Origin: Adineta vaga
Taxonomy: Eukaryota > Animalia > Rotifera
Length of the DNA: 64,000 nt
Assembly: GCA_021613535.1 (NCBI GenBank)
Contig: CP075492.1
Location: 11,470,001 to 11,534,000 of the forward strand
Direction: 5' to 3'
Shown here: positions 12,048 to 24,966 of the stretch, in pieces
Layout of the letters: each line of letters begins with the position of its first letter
How positions within the stretch are numbered: the first letter of the stretch is position 1
Position numbers and translations under genes: made by a program
Notes under the pieces: generated by a model
Database searches by the model: none
Told to the model about the DNA's origin: nothing
The model's input: the letters and a program-made list of their open reading frames with translations, nothing else

Positions 12048-13188
12048 TCCATCATCATCATCTGTTCAAAAGTGAATGAAGTATTAGTGAAGAAAATATA
12101 ATTGAACAAAAAAGAACAGAGAGGAATCATCTCTCCGTTACAAAATGTTTGATTTACGATTGTAAGTCTTTGAAAGTTTCTCTTAAACCTTAATTTAATT
12201 CATTACTGTTTTATTGTTTCTAGTTCACTACACTTCATCAATACAAAAGACTATATTTTTCTCTTTTTCATGTATTTCGATTTTTGTCACATGTAATTCA
12301 TCTTGCTTTTCTTTGTTCATTTGATTTAATTTCAATGATCAGCATTATTATTAACCTGGAAATGATACATTCTGAAAAAAAAACGAACGAACAAAAAAGA
12401 AACTATTCGACATCAACAATTCATTTGTTAATGAACATATCCGATTCAGTGTTTGTGCGTATTTGTATTATTTGTTTATTTAAAAATCTATATTTGCATT
12501 GAATTATTCTCCACTGGATCATTATGCTGTCTTTTATTTGCGCCATGTAACATTGGCTGCTTTATAATTCATTCATTCATTCATTCATTCATTCTTTTTT
12601 TGTTCTGTTCGTTTGTTTTCTTTATATATATATATTCGTGCTTTATGTATATCTTTATTATGATGATCACCGACTATATAACTAAGTAGTCCTTGTGACT
12701 TTCTTTCTTTCTTGACCTTGTTTTTCTATTAAGCATATCAAATGGCATTTACAGTTGGTAACACCATCAATGGTCGATTATCCTTTTCGAATAGCGGACT
12801 ACAACCGTTGTTTCTCTCTTGCTCTCTTGCTCATTGATCAACAGAGACAGCATTTGTGTTCTCTATTTTCATACTCTGAATAATGGCATCATTTACTTTC
12901 ATCTAAATCATTTTTCGATTAACACATTGTCATTAATTTCGATTCGTATTGACGAAAAAAAGGTCTCTAATCACCAACATACTAACTTAATCGAAAAGAA
13001 AAAAAAAATACTTGAAACTGCATCGTACTATTCTCTTTTTCTTTTCCCTGACGTCAAGAGATATGGCAGCTGTTACATACAGTTTCGGATTTTTTTTCTT
13101 GTCTACTCAGATGACTCTTTAGTCAAGTCATCGATAGATAAACGACAAAAGAGATTGATCTTATTTCTAAAAAAGCAAAACCTTATGG

Positions 13189-15571
13189 ATGTTGCGTTCT
13201 AATCGAATGGTGTATATTTTCATCTTGTTCTCTTCTTTGAAATTCACAAGTAAGTAGACAGTAATGATAATGTAAGAGGACATGGTTTCTTTTTGTCAAT
13301 AAAATTTAGTTGGAGGTGAACATCAACGTAAATTATTAAGATATTTATTGGAAGAAAATCAACATAGTCCATTAGAAAGACCAGTCTATAATGATTCTCA
13401 TACATTAACAGTAACAATGAATTTAGCTCTTCAACAGATCATTGATTTTGTGAGTAAAACTTTTCAATCGATCGAAATTTTATCTTGTCAATATCTTAGG
13501 ATGAAAAGAATGAAATTCTTGTTTGTAGTGGTTGGTTAGTTCTTGTATGTATTTGTTAGAAATTCATTGATATCTAATATGTATATCGATATGTTGTTCA
13601 GACATGGTATGATTATAGTTTACAATGGAATCCAGAAGATTTCGGAAATATTCAAACTATTCGTTTGCCAAGTACACGAGTATGGACACCGGATATTATT
13701 CTTTACAACAGGTAAAAATGAATAATTTAGAAATGTTTGTTTAGATAATTATTTTCTTTAAAGTGCTGATGATAATTTTGAAGGAACAATAAAAACAAAT
13801 TTAGTTGTTCAATCAAATGGAAGTATTCTTTTTGTTCCACCGGGTATATTTAAATCGATTTGTACATTTAATATTGCTTCGTTTCCATTTGTAAGTAGAG
13901 ATAGATTTGAAAGGATTTCAGATAATTTATTGATATATATATCTTTCTCTTTTTTTGGATATCCAAAATTGTACATTGAAATTTGGTTCATGGTCATTTG
14001 ATGAATCTTGTAAGTGAAAGACAGATTCATAATGATTGTTACCATTGAGTGACTTTATTCTATATGATAGATGTTAATTTAACTACTGAACACAATGAAG
14101 GTCAATTGGATGCTTATGTTAAGAATGGAGAATGGGATTTACAAAGTATAACATAGAATTAAATCGAATATTTCTGATCATATCTTTATAATTACTTCTT
14201 GTTCTATAGAGTTCCTCGTAATACGTGAGGCAATTGTTTATGAATGTTGTCCAACTGTATATCCATTTGTTTTGTTTACAATTCAAATTCGTCGACGTAC
14301 TCTTTACTATGTTATCAATATTGTCGGTAAGAGACTATAAAACTGGTATTTTCCTATAGGAATTAAATGTTCTTTTATGATCTAGTTCCATGTGTATTAA
14401 TTAGTTTTATGACCGTACTTGGATTTCTTCTTCCACCAGATAGTGGTGAAAAACTTACTTTACGTAAGAAAACAACGAATTGAACGCTAAAATGAATAAG
14501 TTGTTCTTTTTTTGTTTCTAGAAATTACAATTCTTCTCTCGATTGTAATGTTTAGTTTATTGATCTCAGGTATTATACCAGCTAGTTCAACAGCTTTACC
14601 AATCATTGTGACATATTTTACAACACTAATGTGTATGTGTACAATGTCTGTCGTAGCAACTGTCATCGTACTTGCACTACATCATAAAAATGCCAAAAAT
14701 CATACCATGCCAATATGGGTAAGATAACTGATTACGATAACAATCGAGTATTTTTCAAAGAGAACAGTTGTATGAACAACTGACAAATATGGTTATTTTT
14801 GTTTCACAGAAGTCCATACAGATTTCGATCTGTCATTTCAAGAATATGTCTCGTAAAGATCTAAATGAATCGATATTGCCTTTTAACTTTTGAAAACTCT
14901 GCAGTGATACTGTATGATTATTATTCTTCAATCGATATTTCTATAGCTCTTATCGACTGCTCTGTTATCAATGTTTAGATAGAAATCCTATATTCATCAC
15001 GGATGTATCATTTTGTAAAAAAATATTCTCCAGGAGCTAATTTCTTATTTAGATTCATGTGTATATTAATCAATATTTGGCATGGTTTTTACGTATGAAG
15101 CGTCCAGGTCATGATTTAAGTTGGCGAGCTATTCGCCATCGACGTTTTCATCACAATGCAAGACTTAATAATACTAATAATAGTATTACTCATAATCATA
15201 AACTTCCTTCGACTCCGTTATTAGAAAATTCATCAAAATCTCTGTTAGCGAATATAATCAATACGGATGATCAATTATATATTTCTATGCCAAATCATAT
15301 TCGTCCTTGTTCATCAACTGCTGATACGAAAGATTCTTTACAATCATGTGATATGAATTGTTTTCGTTCAAATATTGATTCGATAATGTCCGAATTAAAA
15401 TTTATGGCAGATTATATTCGACGAGAAGAAGAAGAAGATGACATATCACAAGATTGGAAATTTTCAGCAATGGTGATCGATCGTTTATGTCTTATTTCTT
15501 TTACTATCATGACAACCATCTTTACTTATCTTACACTTTTTTCTGCACCAAATTTTTTTCAACTTCAATAG
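13189..15571 (+). CDS. Nicotinic acetylcholine receptor alpha subunit, alpha7/ACR-16-like, ~11 exons
   Basis: Signal peptide; PLERPV, VWTPDI.LYN, Cys-loop [15 protein letters not shown], loop C vicinal YECCP, cation-selective SGEK before TM2, [15 protein letters not shown] before TM4. Confidence 0.93.
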
Positions 15572-16800
15572 AGATAATATATATATATATACGTCTGTCA
15601 TCTTTCTAGTTCTCATCTTTTCATTTTATGTATATGTATATTTATGTACGTGTTTGTTTTTTGTTTTTTGTTTTTTATATATAAAGAATTGAGATTTATA
15701 ATAACTAGATAGACTATTTTATATTCAGATATGAATTGTTATTCTTGTCGAAGTACAGTCTGCCATTTAAATAATGATGTTTAGATGAGAAAAAACGGAT
15801 CATTTTATCTGTTTTTTTCCTTCAGATTTCATTAATGCAATAGTTGATTGCTGATTCATCGTTTGGATGAATAAGAGTTCAATTTCCGCTCAAGTTAAGT
15901 GTGTTCGTGTGAGAAATAGAAGAAGACTGTTTGTTGGCACTATATGCTATACGGTTTTTCCTTCAAGAAGTCGAGCAGTTCAATTCTCTAGAGAGTAAAA
16001 AATGACAATATGGACGAATGACTAATCGATGAGAAAAAGAGAGGGAGAGAGAGAGAGAACTGATGTCTTCGGGGAAGAACAACACTTATATATGTTAGTG
16101 ATGGAGACTTCTGCTTTTTAACGGTTAATTCGCTCTCTACATCATTGCTAGTTCGGTCTTGAATTAAAAGTGAATAGAATGAGTGATCTTGTCACGTCGT
16201 TTACTATTCAAACGCATCATGCCGTTTTCCATTATCTTGATGTTGTTGAAAGCAAAATACAAAGAAAGACTTACTTAGTCAACTAACTTTCTCGTTTTTT
16301 CTTCTCTTCTTATTCATCATGCACCAATCATTAATGCAAGAAATACTAAAAGATGAAGAAGAAGAAGTCACTTTGACGTCACCCGACAGTTAAATCGAGA
16401 GAGAAAAACGAGAATAACTCATTCACTATTTTCCCTATGGCTGCATTCCACAGATATATATATATATATATCCTTTGATTCTAATTTCTATTTGTACATT
16501 TACTTTTTTTGCTAGAACAAACAGAGTACCTCGTTAATTGATGAAATTTTTCAAAAAGGAGCAACATCACGTTCTCTATTTAATGAGTAATATATCGACT
16601 TTATAATTCTTCATGGTGAGAGTTATGCGTCGTTAGAAAAATAAAATTCTTTTTAATACTACCTCATTCTTTTTTTGCTTCACCATCGAAACGTAAAAAA
16701 TTTTGTAATTTTATGGCATCTACATGTCGATTAGAATTCTGAGTTTTACATAAATTATAAATTAAATCACTTAGAGCTAAGAAAAAGGGAAGCGATTTTC

Positions 16801-16890
16801 TTCTCGTTTCGTCGAAAGTGACGAGATTACAAGGCATACATATCAAAGTAGATCACAGAGCAGTGAGGGTATCTTTCGACGAAACGAGAA
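16801..16890. repeat. Perfect 18-bp inverted repeat with 54-nt spacer
   Basis: TTCTCGTTTCGTCGAAAG (16801-16818) is the exact reverse complement of CTTTCGACGAAACGAGAA (16873-16890). Confidence 0.85.
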
Positions 16891-17005
16891 CTAACCTTTA
16901 ATGTGTATTTCCTTCTTTTTACTAAGTGCGGCAGAAGTCTTTTGATATCAAAAAGACAAATTATTATAATTGTGTGATTCATTTGTTTTAGACTTTAGGT
17001 GGTTA

Positions 17006-19161
17006 ATGCCTCGTATTATTGACAATTTGATTCATTTTAACAATCGAACTGACGATGTAAGTAAAGAATAACATTTCTTGTTTTTTTACATCAATAATCG
17101 ACTTTCATTTGTATATACAGAATTCGACAATGAATCGAAGGGTAGGAGAAACATATACATCTCTTTTCCATTGCTAATCAACTGTTCTTTTTATTCTTCT
17201 AATTTAATTTTCATACATATGCGTGTTTGAATGAGGACATGTCACATCTAATTAATATTGCCTCTATTCGAAGAGATTGCTATCTGTTCTAATCTAGCAT
17301 GTGTAGAGTTATTGAATGAATGAATGAATGAATGTCTCAATATCTAATTAGAGAAGCAAGAAGAGACATTCATATACATTCTTTAAAAAAAAACAATCTT
17401 TGTTTTGACTTTTGGAAATGATATCAGTAGGTTTTGTTTATTCCGGCAGAGATAAAATTGCATGTTTGTCGTCAATGATTTCTCAGTTATTTGCATAAAT
17501 TGATAAATGAAAATGTCAGTGATGCCAATCGACTGATTAAATTAATTTCTCTTTCTATCTAACTAGATCGATGTAGATGCAACTATGCATCAAATCAATT
17601 TCTTGAATGTCTAACACACACTCAAAGCTCTCTTTTTTTTGCTAAATTTCTAAGCTTATTATTACTGATTGATTTTTCTTTCATAGTGAGTTTTGATTTT
17701 ATATATTTAGGCAATGTCTTCATCATCAAAAATGAGTATTGTCAGTTTACGTGATTTAGTTGAATCTGCTGCACATAAATGGTATAAAGAAAATGAAAAA
17801 GATTCAATGAAAGCCAAATGGGGTAGAACATACAATTGGAAAGAACTTGTCAAAGAAGTCGATTGGAGATCGTTAAAGTTTGTGATTGAAAAAACATTTC
17901 ATTTCTTACTTGTTTTTATTATTAAATAGAGTTAGACATGATCCAGTTATTTATACCGATATTGAATCTCCTGGTGCCCCGAAGAATCATATTTTATTTC
18001 GTTCAACATTTCTTAATGATACTAATCGTGAACAAGAATATAATTTGAGAGCTGAACGACGTACTGTCTCTACATGTTCATTTTCGATCTTTGAAGGCTA
18101 TACAACAGAACAATGTGTTTCGTTAGAACTAGAAGTTCCACTACCAAAATGTGTCCTAGAAGCAAGTACTGGTTTTCGTAGAGAATATACATTAGAACAA
18201 TCAAAAGATAAACAAATTGAAGAAGAATTAAAATGGTCAGTCGAATCAAATATTAAAGTAAGTTATGATTAATTAGTTTCAAAATCTTGAGGGTGGGTGT
18301 GGGTGTGTGTGTGAAACCGAAGAGAGGTCAAATTTCTATCTGATATAACTAATAATGGAACGAAAGAATGAACGTCGATTGTTAATTAGCATGATCATGT
18401 GAGAGAAACGATCGATTCATAATGGAAAACATGTTCTGAAAGTTTGAGAATAGAAGAAAAAACCCAGAGTTTATCTAGGGTTCTAAAATTGACTTTCAAT
18501 ATCATTGTGTGAATAATCCTAGGGCAGATGTACTGATAATAACGAGAGAGAAAAACAACTTTCTGTATAAAATCCGGAAATAATCTTGACATTCAATCAC
18601 ACACTCTGTACAAATGTTAATCAAATTTCATATTCAAAAATTACTACTCTATAAAGAAATCGTCGCATTGTCTAATAGATATTTTCGATTTGTGTTCACA
18701 TCATTGAAATTAAATGATACATTTCTTTTGATTAGATCCCTTGTATGTCTCAAACAACAGCTGAATTACTTGTTCAAGAAGATGAATATCATGGTACATT
18801 CGAAATTAAATCATATTTTTTCGGTGAAATTCGTGTTAAAGTTTATAAAGATTCTCAAGAAGTTCTCAGCTTAGAATTCGGTGATCTAGAAGAATTATTT
18901 CCACGTGATAAAGGCTTTCGTAAAGATGCTCATGGTCTCTATCGTATTACACGTGGTGAATGTAAAGCACGTTTTGGTGTTTCTCAAAAAGTTGAATTAC
19001 ATGCGAAACCATTGCCTGGTGCAGATTTATTTCTTCGTCAATCACAACGAAATTCTTTGGATCAAGCAAATGAATTGCGAAAAAACAGTATAAAGGACAA
19101 TTCTACACCGACAACATCTGTCACCGTTCTTCGTGAATTAATCAATGGAACAGATATTTGA
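17006..19161 (+). CDS. LIN-24-like aerolysin/ETX-MTX2-fold beta-pore-forming protein, 5 exons
   Basis: ILFRSTFLNDTNREQEYNLRAERRTVSTC...alternating S/T-rich strands...LKWSVESNIK|IPCMSQTTAELLVQEDEYHG. Two small upstream exons (17006-17056, 17121-17141) splice in frame. Confidence 0.75.
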
Positions 19162-19290
19162 ACAGAAATAGAAAGAAAACAATTGCCCTTGTTCATTAGT
19201 ATTTCCTTCTTATTTGTGTATTTTGAATCTAATCAGTTTTTATTACAAACAATGAACAAAAACATGACAATATAGAGAGTAAAATATCTT

Positions 19291-19868
19291 TCACCAAGGT
19301 AACGATTTATGTACAAACCAAATAACATGTTCCTCCTTGTACTAAAACAAGAAGAAAAAACAACAACTAATTGTTAAAACTTGAAAAGAAAATGAAAAAG
19401 ATTTACTTTAAGAAAACTTTTATTATATTCAATCGGACCACGTAATGGTTCTCGAGATGAATATTCGTATATCATTTCATTGGGTTTATTCGGATGAAGA
19501 ACAAATTCAAAATACACTCGGCTAAAGAAATAAAATTCGAATCGAAATATAAAATCATCGAAGTTATTAACATACGTTCCATGATATGTTGCTTTTTTGG
19601 TTAAACCATTCTTTGCTTCACGAGTCATTCGACGCCAATTGAGACCAACTTTCATTTGAGGAATTTTAATAATTAGTCGAACATAATGTTTGGAATAATC
19701 TTGATTGACACCTATGAATAGAGAACAACTCTACCTTTTTCCTTTTCTTCGTTTTAACTTACTAGTATTTGCTTGTTTAATTGTATCATAAATGAATTCA
19801 TTTTCATCTAATTCAGCTTGGCTAGATTCTGCTGGTTGAATATGAAACACTTTGGCAAAATCAGTCAT
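19291..19868 (-). CDS. Unknown small protein, 4 exons
   Basis: Canonical introns join MTDFAKVFHIQP..., VNQDYSKHYVRL..., RVYFEFVLHP..., YKEEHVIWFVHKSLPW*. Confidence 0.6.
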
Positions 19869-20955
19869 TTTGTTTTCTTCATGAAACAAAGATGTCGTCC
19901 AATTAAAATGATGTTGCACGAGTGCAGTTACAAGAAGAATTGAACACAGAAATCTTGATAGAAAGGTTGCTTGGAACTTGTTTTATCTACGATTATAGAG
20001 AACAAAAAAGAAAAACAGAATGCGAGTGATTCTGTTCAGGAAAGAGCATAGAGAAGGAAACAAGAGAGAAAGACATTGATAGTTGTGACATGAAGCAGAA
20101 GTAATAGATATTGAATGATGAAACATGTTGTTCGAAAGGAACAGAATTTTTCGAAAAAGATCAAGGTATTTATCTGTAAGAAGAAATGATTCGTTTTATT
20201 CATAATAAAATAAGATTTATTATAGAATTAAGATCTAAGTGCAGACTCAATTTGTCAATATAGACATACGAAATCAGTAGTTCGTCGTTACTTATTATCA
20301 CGTACATACGTATAGATGATATGGAGATTATTTCAAAGAAATATTTGTCATCTACAACATGCGTCACAAGACTTCTCGTTTCACCTCTAACTCATTCGAG
20401 CAAATAAAAAATATAAAATGACATGTTGACAACTAATAACATTCTATAAGGTTAATAAAGTGTAATGTAGTGATATATGATATAAGAATAAAATATCATG
20501 TATATTTTAATTAATAATTAACGAAAAATAATATCAAGAGATGTACCTGAATTTATGTTCAACATCAGATAGTTCTTTTTCTTAACAATAGGATAAATGC
20601 TTTGTGTCAACGAACACATAAGTACAACTAGAATTTATCTATACATGATTGAAATACTTTTGTAAAAAAAAGTGTGATGAGTTTTCACCTGGAAAGTTAG
20701 ATGGCACTATTTATCAATGTGTTTTATAGAGGGCGCTCGATAAGACAATTTTTTGTTTCCAAATATTAAAATTTGTTTTGATGGTGTGAAAAAACTTAGT
20801 TTATATTAGAAAAAATCATAAAAATTTCTTTCAAATATCGACATGGATAAGATAATACAGTCACAGTTTTACCCTTTTCCTTATCCAAATGTTTGTTTTT
20901 CTTGTTGGTTACTTTCGATATTTTGGAACGTAAAACGTTTCGGTTCGAATAGATC

Positions 20956-22905
20956 ATGACTCTTTTGAGTGGTGTTCTAATTTTTCTTATTTTTAATATC
21001 GTTTCCTCGAAACCAGTTACTTCGAATGACCCAATTTATGGTCAACCAGAACAAATACATTTATCTTATGGATGTAAGAATTGAGTTTGTAATTTGATAA
21101 AAAGATTGTAGAGTTTTTTTTCGTCCAATAATTTTAGTGGATCCATCACTAATGATTGTAACATGGGTAACATTAACTGAAGTAAACGATTCCATCGTTG
21201 AATATGGGCAACTTGATTTATTTGATAAACGAGCAACAGGCTCTGTGAGCATTTTTCAAGATAGTGGTGACGAAAAACGACAAGAATACATTCATCGCGT
21301 AGTTCTTCATGATTTAATACCTGGTCAAAAATATTGTATGTAATTAAAAAGTAAATATTTTACAATTAATGAATACATTATCGTTTAGTTTATCATTGTG
21401 GAAGTGATGAATATGGTTGGTCACCTTTATTTTGGTTTACAGCGATGCGTAATGATTCTAACTTTGTTGTTCGTATGGCTGTTTATGGCGACATGGGAAA
21501 AGATAATGCTCAATCGATGGCACGCCTTCAAGAAGAAACACAAGCGGGTCATTTCGATCTTATTTTACATGTTGGTAAGAATCTTCGAGTCGATTAAATT
21601 ATAATAGTTAATCTGTTTCTATATCTAGGCGATATGGCATATGATATGAATGATGATAATGCACGCTATGGTGATCAATATATGAATTCGATTGAATCTA
21701 TTGCTGGCTACATTCCATATATGACTTGTCCAGGAAATCATGAAAATGCTTAGTAAATATATCATCTCTGTTCTTTTCTCTGAATTTACAATTTGGTTTC
21801 GTTTTTGTTTAGTAATTTTTCACAATATGTGGCAAAATTCAGTATGCCATGGCCAAATAACACGTATGGAGGTGATGCAAATCATTACTATAGGTAGGTT
21901 TAGATAGAATATCGATTATAAAATCTATTTTTGCATTCATTAGTTTTAATGTGGGTCCAGTACATGTCATTTCTTTTTCGACCGAGTTTTATTATTATCT
22001 TCAATATGGTTTTGAACAAATTATCAATCAATATCAATGGATTGAACGAGATTTGAAAGTAAATTTAAAAAAAGAAGGAAATTTTTAAGATAGAAGATAA
22101 TGGCATTTTGATTATTTAGGAAGCAAACAAACCAGAGAATCGAGCAAAACATCCATGGATTATTACAATGGCTCATAAACCAATGTATTGTAGTAATAAT
22201 AATGATGATGAATGTTTATTTGCAAATGGATATATTTTTGTAAGTTGAGTTCTATATATACAATGATTTGTATGAAGTAGTTCTAGTCAAATCAGTTTAT
22301 TTTATCTCGAGAGTATTATATTACTAATATTGTTTTCAATAGATTCGTCTTGGTCTTCCATTTATTCAAGCTTTTGGTTTTGAAGATTTATTTGCTAAAT
22401 ATGGTGTTGATTTAGAATTCTGGGCACATGAGCATAGTTATGAACGTTTATGGCCTGTATACAATACTACAGTATGTCTTTGGAAAGAATCTACCTTTTG
22501 TCTCTGATCTATAAATACTTATATAGGTTTATAATGGTACAAAAGGTGCTTATATTGATCCTGATGCTCCAGTTCATATTGTTACTGGTTCAGCTGTATG
22601 TAATTGAAATGCATTAGATTTTGATTCGAGTAAATTTTATTTTTAGGGATGTAATGAACGTCATGATCCATTTGGCGTTCCTCGCCCATGGACAGCATTT
22701 CAAAATAATGATTATGGTTATACACGTATGAATATTTATAATTCTTCGCATTTATATTTAGAACAAGTATCCGATGATCAAGTTAGTTAAATAGCATTCT
22801 ATTTCTATCATTAAGAACATTTAATTTTCTTTTTCGTAGGGTGGCAAAGTAATTGATAGTATGTGGTTAATTAAATCCAAACATGGTCCATATTCCTATT
22901 TTTAA
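20956..22905 (+). CDS. ACP7: Secreted purple acid phosphatase type 7, multi-exon
   Basis: Signal peptide, PEQIHLS, AVYGDMG, HVGDMAYDM, CPGNHE, WAHEHSYER, APVHIVTGSAG, DYGYTRM. Confidence 0.93.
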
Positions 22906-23012
22906 AGAAAATTTTATTTTTAATAATTCTGTTTTTCATAACCGAGTGCAATTAAACAGTGTCTTTCAATTGAGTAATTTTTTTTCAGATTTGATTTATC
23001 TAACATCCAAAA

Positions 23013-23568
23013 ATGACAAAGAAACGTCGTAATAATGGTCGAAGCAAACACGGACGTGGTCGTGTTACAAATGTTAACTGTACCAACTGCCGTCGTTTAG
23101 TACCAAAGGATAAAGCTATTAAAAAGCTCATTATCCGAAATATTGTTGAACAAGCTGCAGTAAAAGATCTTAGTGAAGCTAGTGTTTATACAAAATACGT
23201 TCTACCTAAACTTTACTATAAATTGCACTATTGTGTTTCATGTGCTATTCACAGTAAAGTTGTTCGTAATCGATCACGAGAAGCACGACGTATTCGTACA
23301 CCACTTTTGTAAGAGATCATTATTTACGAAAGATGAGATTTTCTCTGGAATATATTCGTTTTTTGTTATTATTTCAGACGACCACAACAAAATCGTCAAC
23401 CAGGTGCCGCTGGTGGTCAAGGTAACACTGGTCCAGGTGGTCAACGTGGTGGAAATAAAGAAGCTCCGCAACCAGCCGTTATGCCTGTTGCCAAAAGTAT
23501 GTTTTCTAGACTAGTTCTTTTATGTTATCTATCTATCTATTTATCTATCTATCTACTATTTAGCATAA
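23013..23568 (+). CDS. RPS26: 40S ribosomal protein eS26, 3 exons
   Basis: [46 protein letters not shown]; exons 2-3 add a Gly/Gln/Pro tail. Confidence 0.97.
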
Positions 23569-24966
23569 ACAAGTGGCTTACGCTCAACGGCATGTTATCA
23601 TCAATGAATATCATTCATCATCGATTCAATTCATAGGCATTGCCGTTGTTGTTTTTGTTGTTATGAAAGAGAAATAAATAAATTTTCAAAACGATTTGAT
23701 ACCTATTACAACAATCAAATCGTATCAAATTTGCCAAATATTGATTTCATAAGCTATAATGACAATAGTCAAATAACAGTTGAAAAAGAATCAGAATAAA
23801 AATATTTCTCGTTATAAGCATCCTTGAGATTGATTCAAATTGTTTATACTGCAAATGTACGCATTGTTTACCGCTTATAGGTTTCTTAGCCTTTGTATTG
23901 AGCAAAAGTACTCACTTGTTATGTTTCGATTGTACAAAAAAAATGTCTTTCTTTTCTTTCATTCACCTTTCTGTTGAATTCAATTGTTTTTATCGTACGT
24001 AAATTAAGATGAGAATGTTGACATCATATCTGATTTATAATATAAAAAAGTACTATTGATTAAATTAATGCAGTGCTAAATACTTAAACATCATCTAATT
24101 ATATTCGAACAGAAAACATCAATGATACGGTGCAAAGTATTATGTTCGAAATCGATCTCCATCTGTCTCTTTGAATCTTGTGATCTACGGGGAGAATTAA
24201 TTCATTAGTCAAAAACTCGTACATATTTTATGTTTGTCAACCATTATATTGACAAAGATATAATTTCGTTTCAATCTCTTTGCATTTTAACATATATATG
24301 CTGTAAGTTTTATGAGTCTAGTTTGAAAAAATTCGGCAGTGATCGATACTTAGCTTTGTATAATGAAGAATAAAATGTAATATATGCAAATACAAGAAAA
24401 AAAAGTATTGATTCAACTACCTACGAGCAATAAAGAAGATGAAATCCTTTATTTTTACATACAAATGCATGGACAAATATAAAAGAAGAAAAATAACTTC
24501 CATTGAATACGGTTTTCTCTTGTCTGTTCTGAAATGAAGGATAAGATATCGCAGCTCATAGAAAGCAGTGGCTTTCCTTTGAATTTCTGAAACAGATGAG
24601 AGATGTATGGCATCCTATGCGTCGCTCGCTTCTCTTTTTCTTTCTTCTTGTTCTCTTTTATTTTTATTTTTTAAGAAGTGTTTAATCATCTGAAAGAACG
24701 TAAGCAGAGAAGAAATCTGTCACGCCTTTTTCCATTGGTTCTTATTTCATTGACGAAAGAATCGGAGACTCGACTGCTTCTGCAACAAAAGAATTGCTTC
24801 TTATTTAAGGCGGATGAATTAGACAAATAAACTCACAAGAAACGAGCGTGTTTATTTGAAAATAAAAGAACAAAATTTTAATCAGTTAATAACTAGGTAA
24901 TATATATGTATATATATATTTGTTTGTTTCTTTTTTTAGAAGGTAATTTGTATTCTATATCAATGA

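Noticed and set aside
12284-13202. Hydrophobic F/I/L-rich short ORFs
   Set aside because: Products of T-rich UTR and intergenic sequence; no motifs or splice support.
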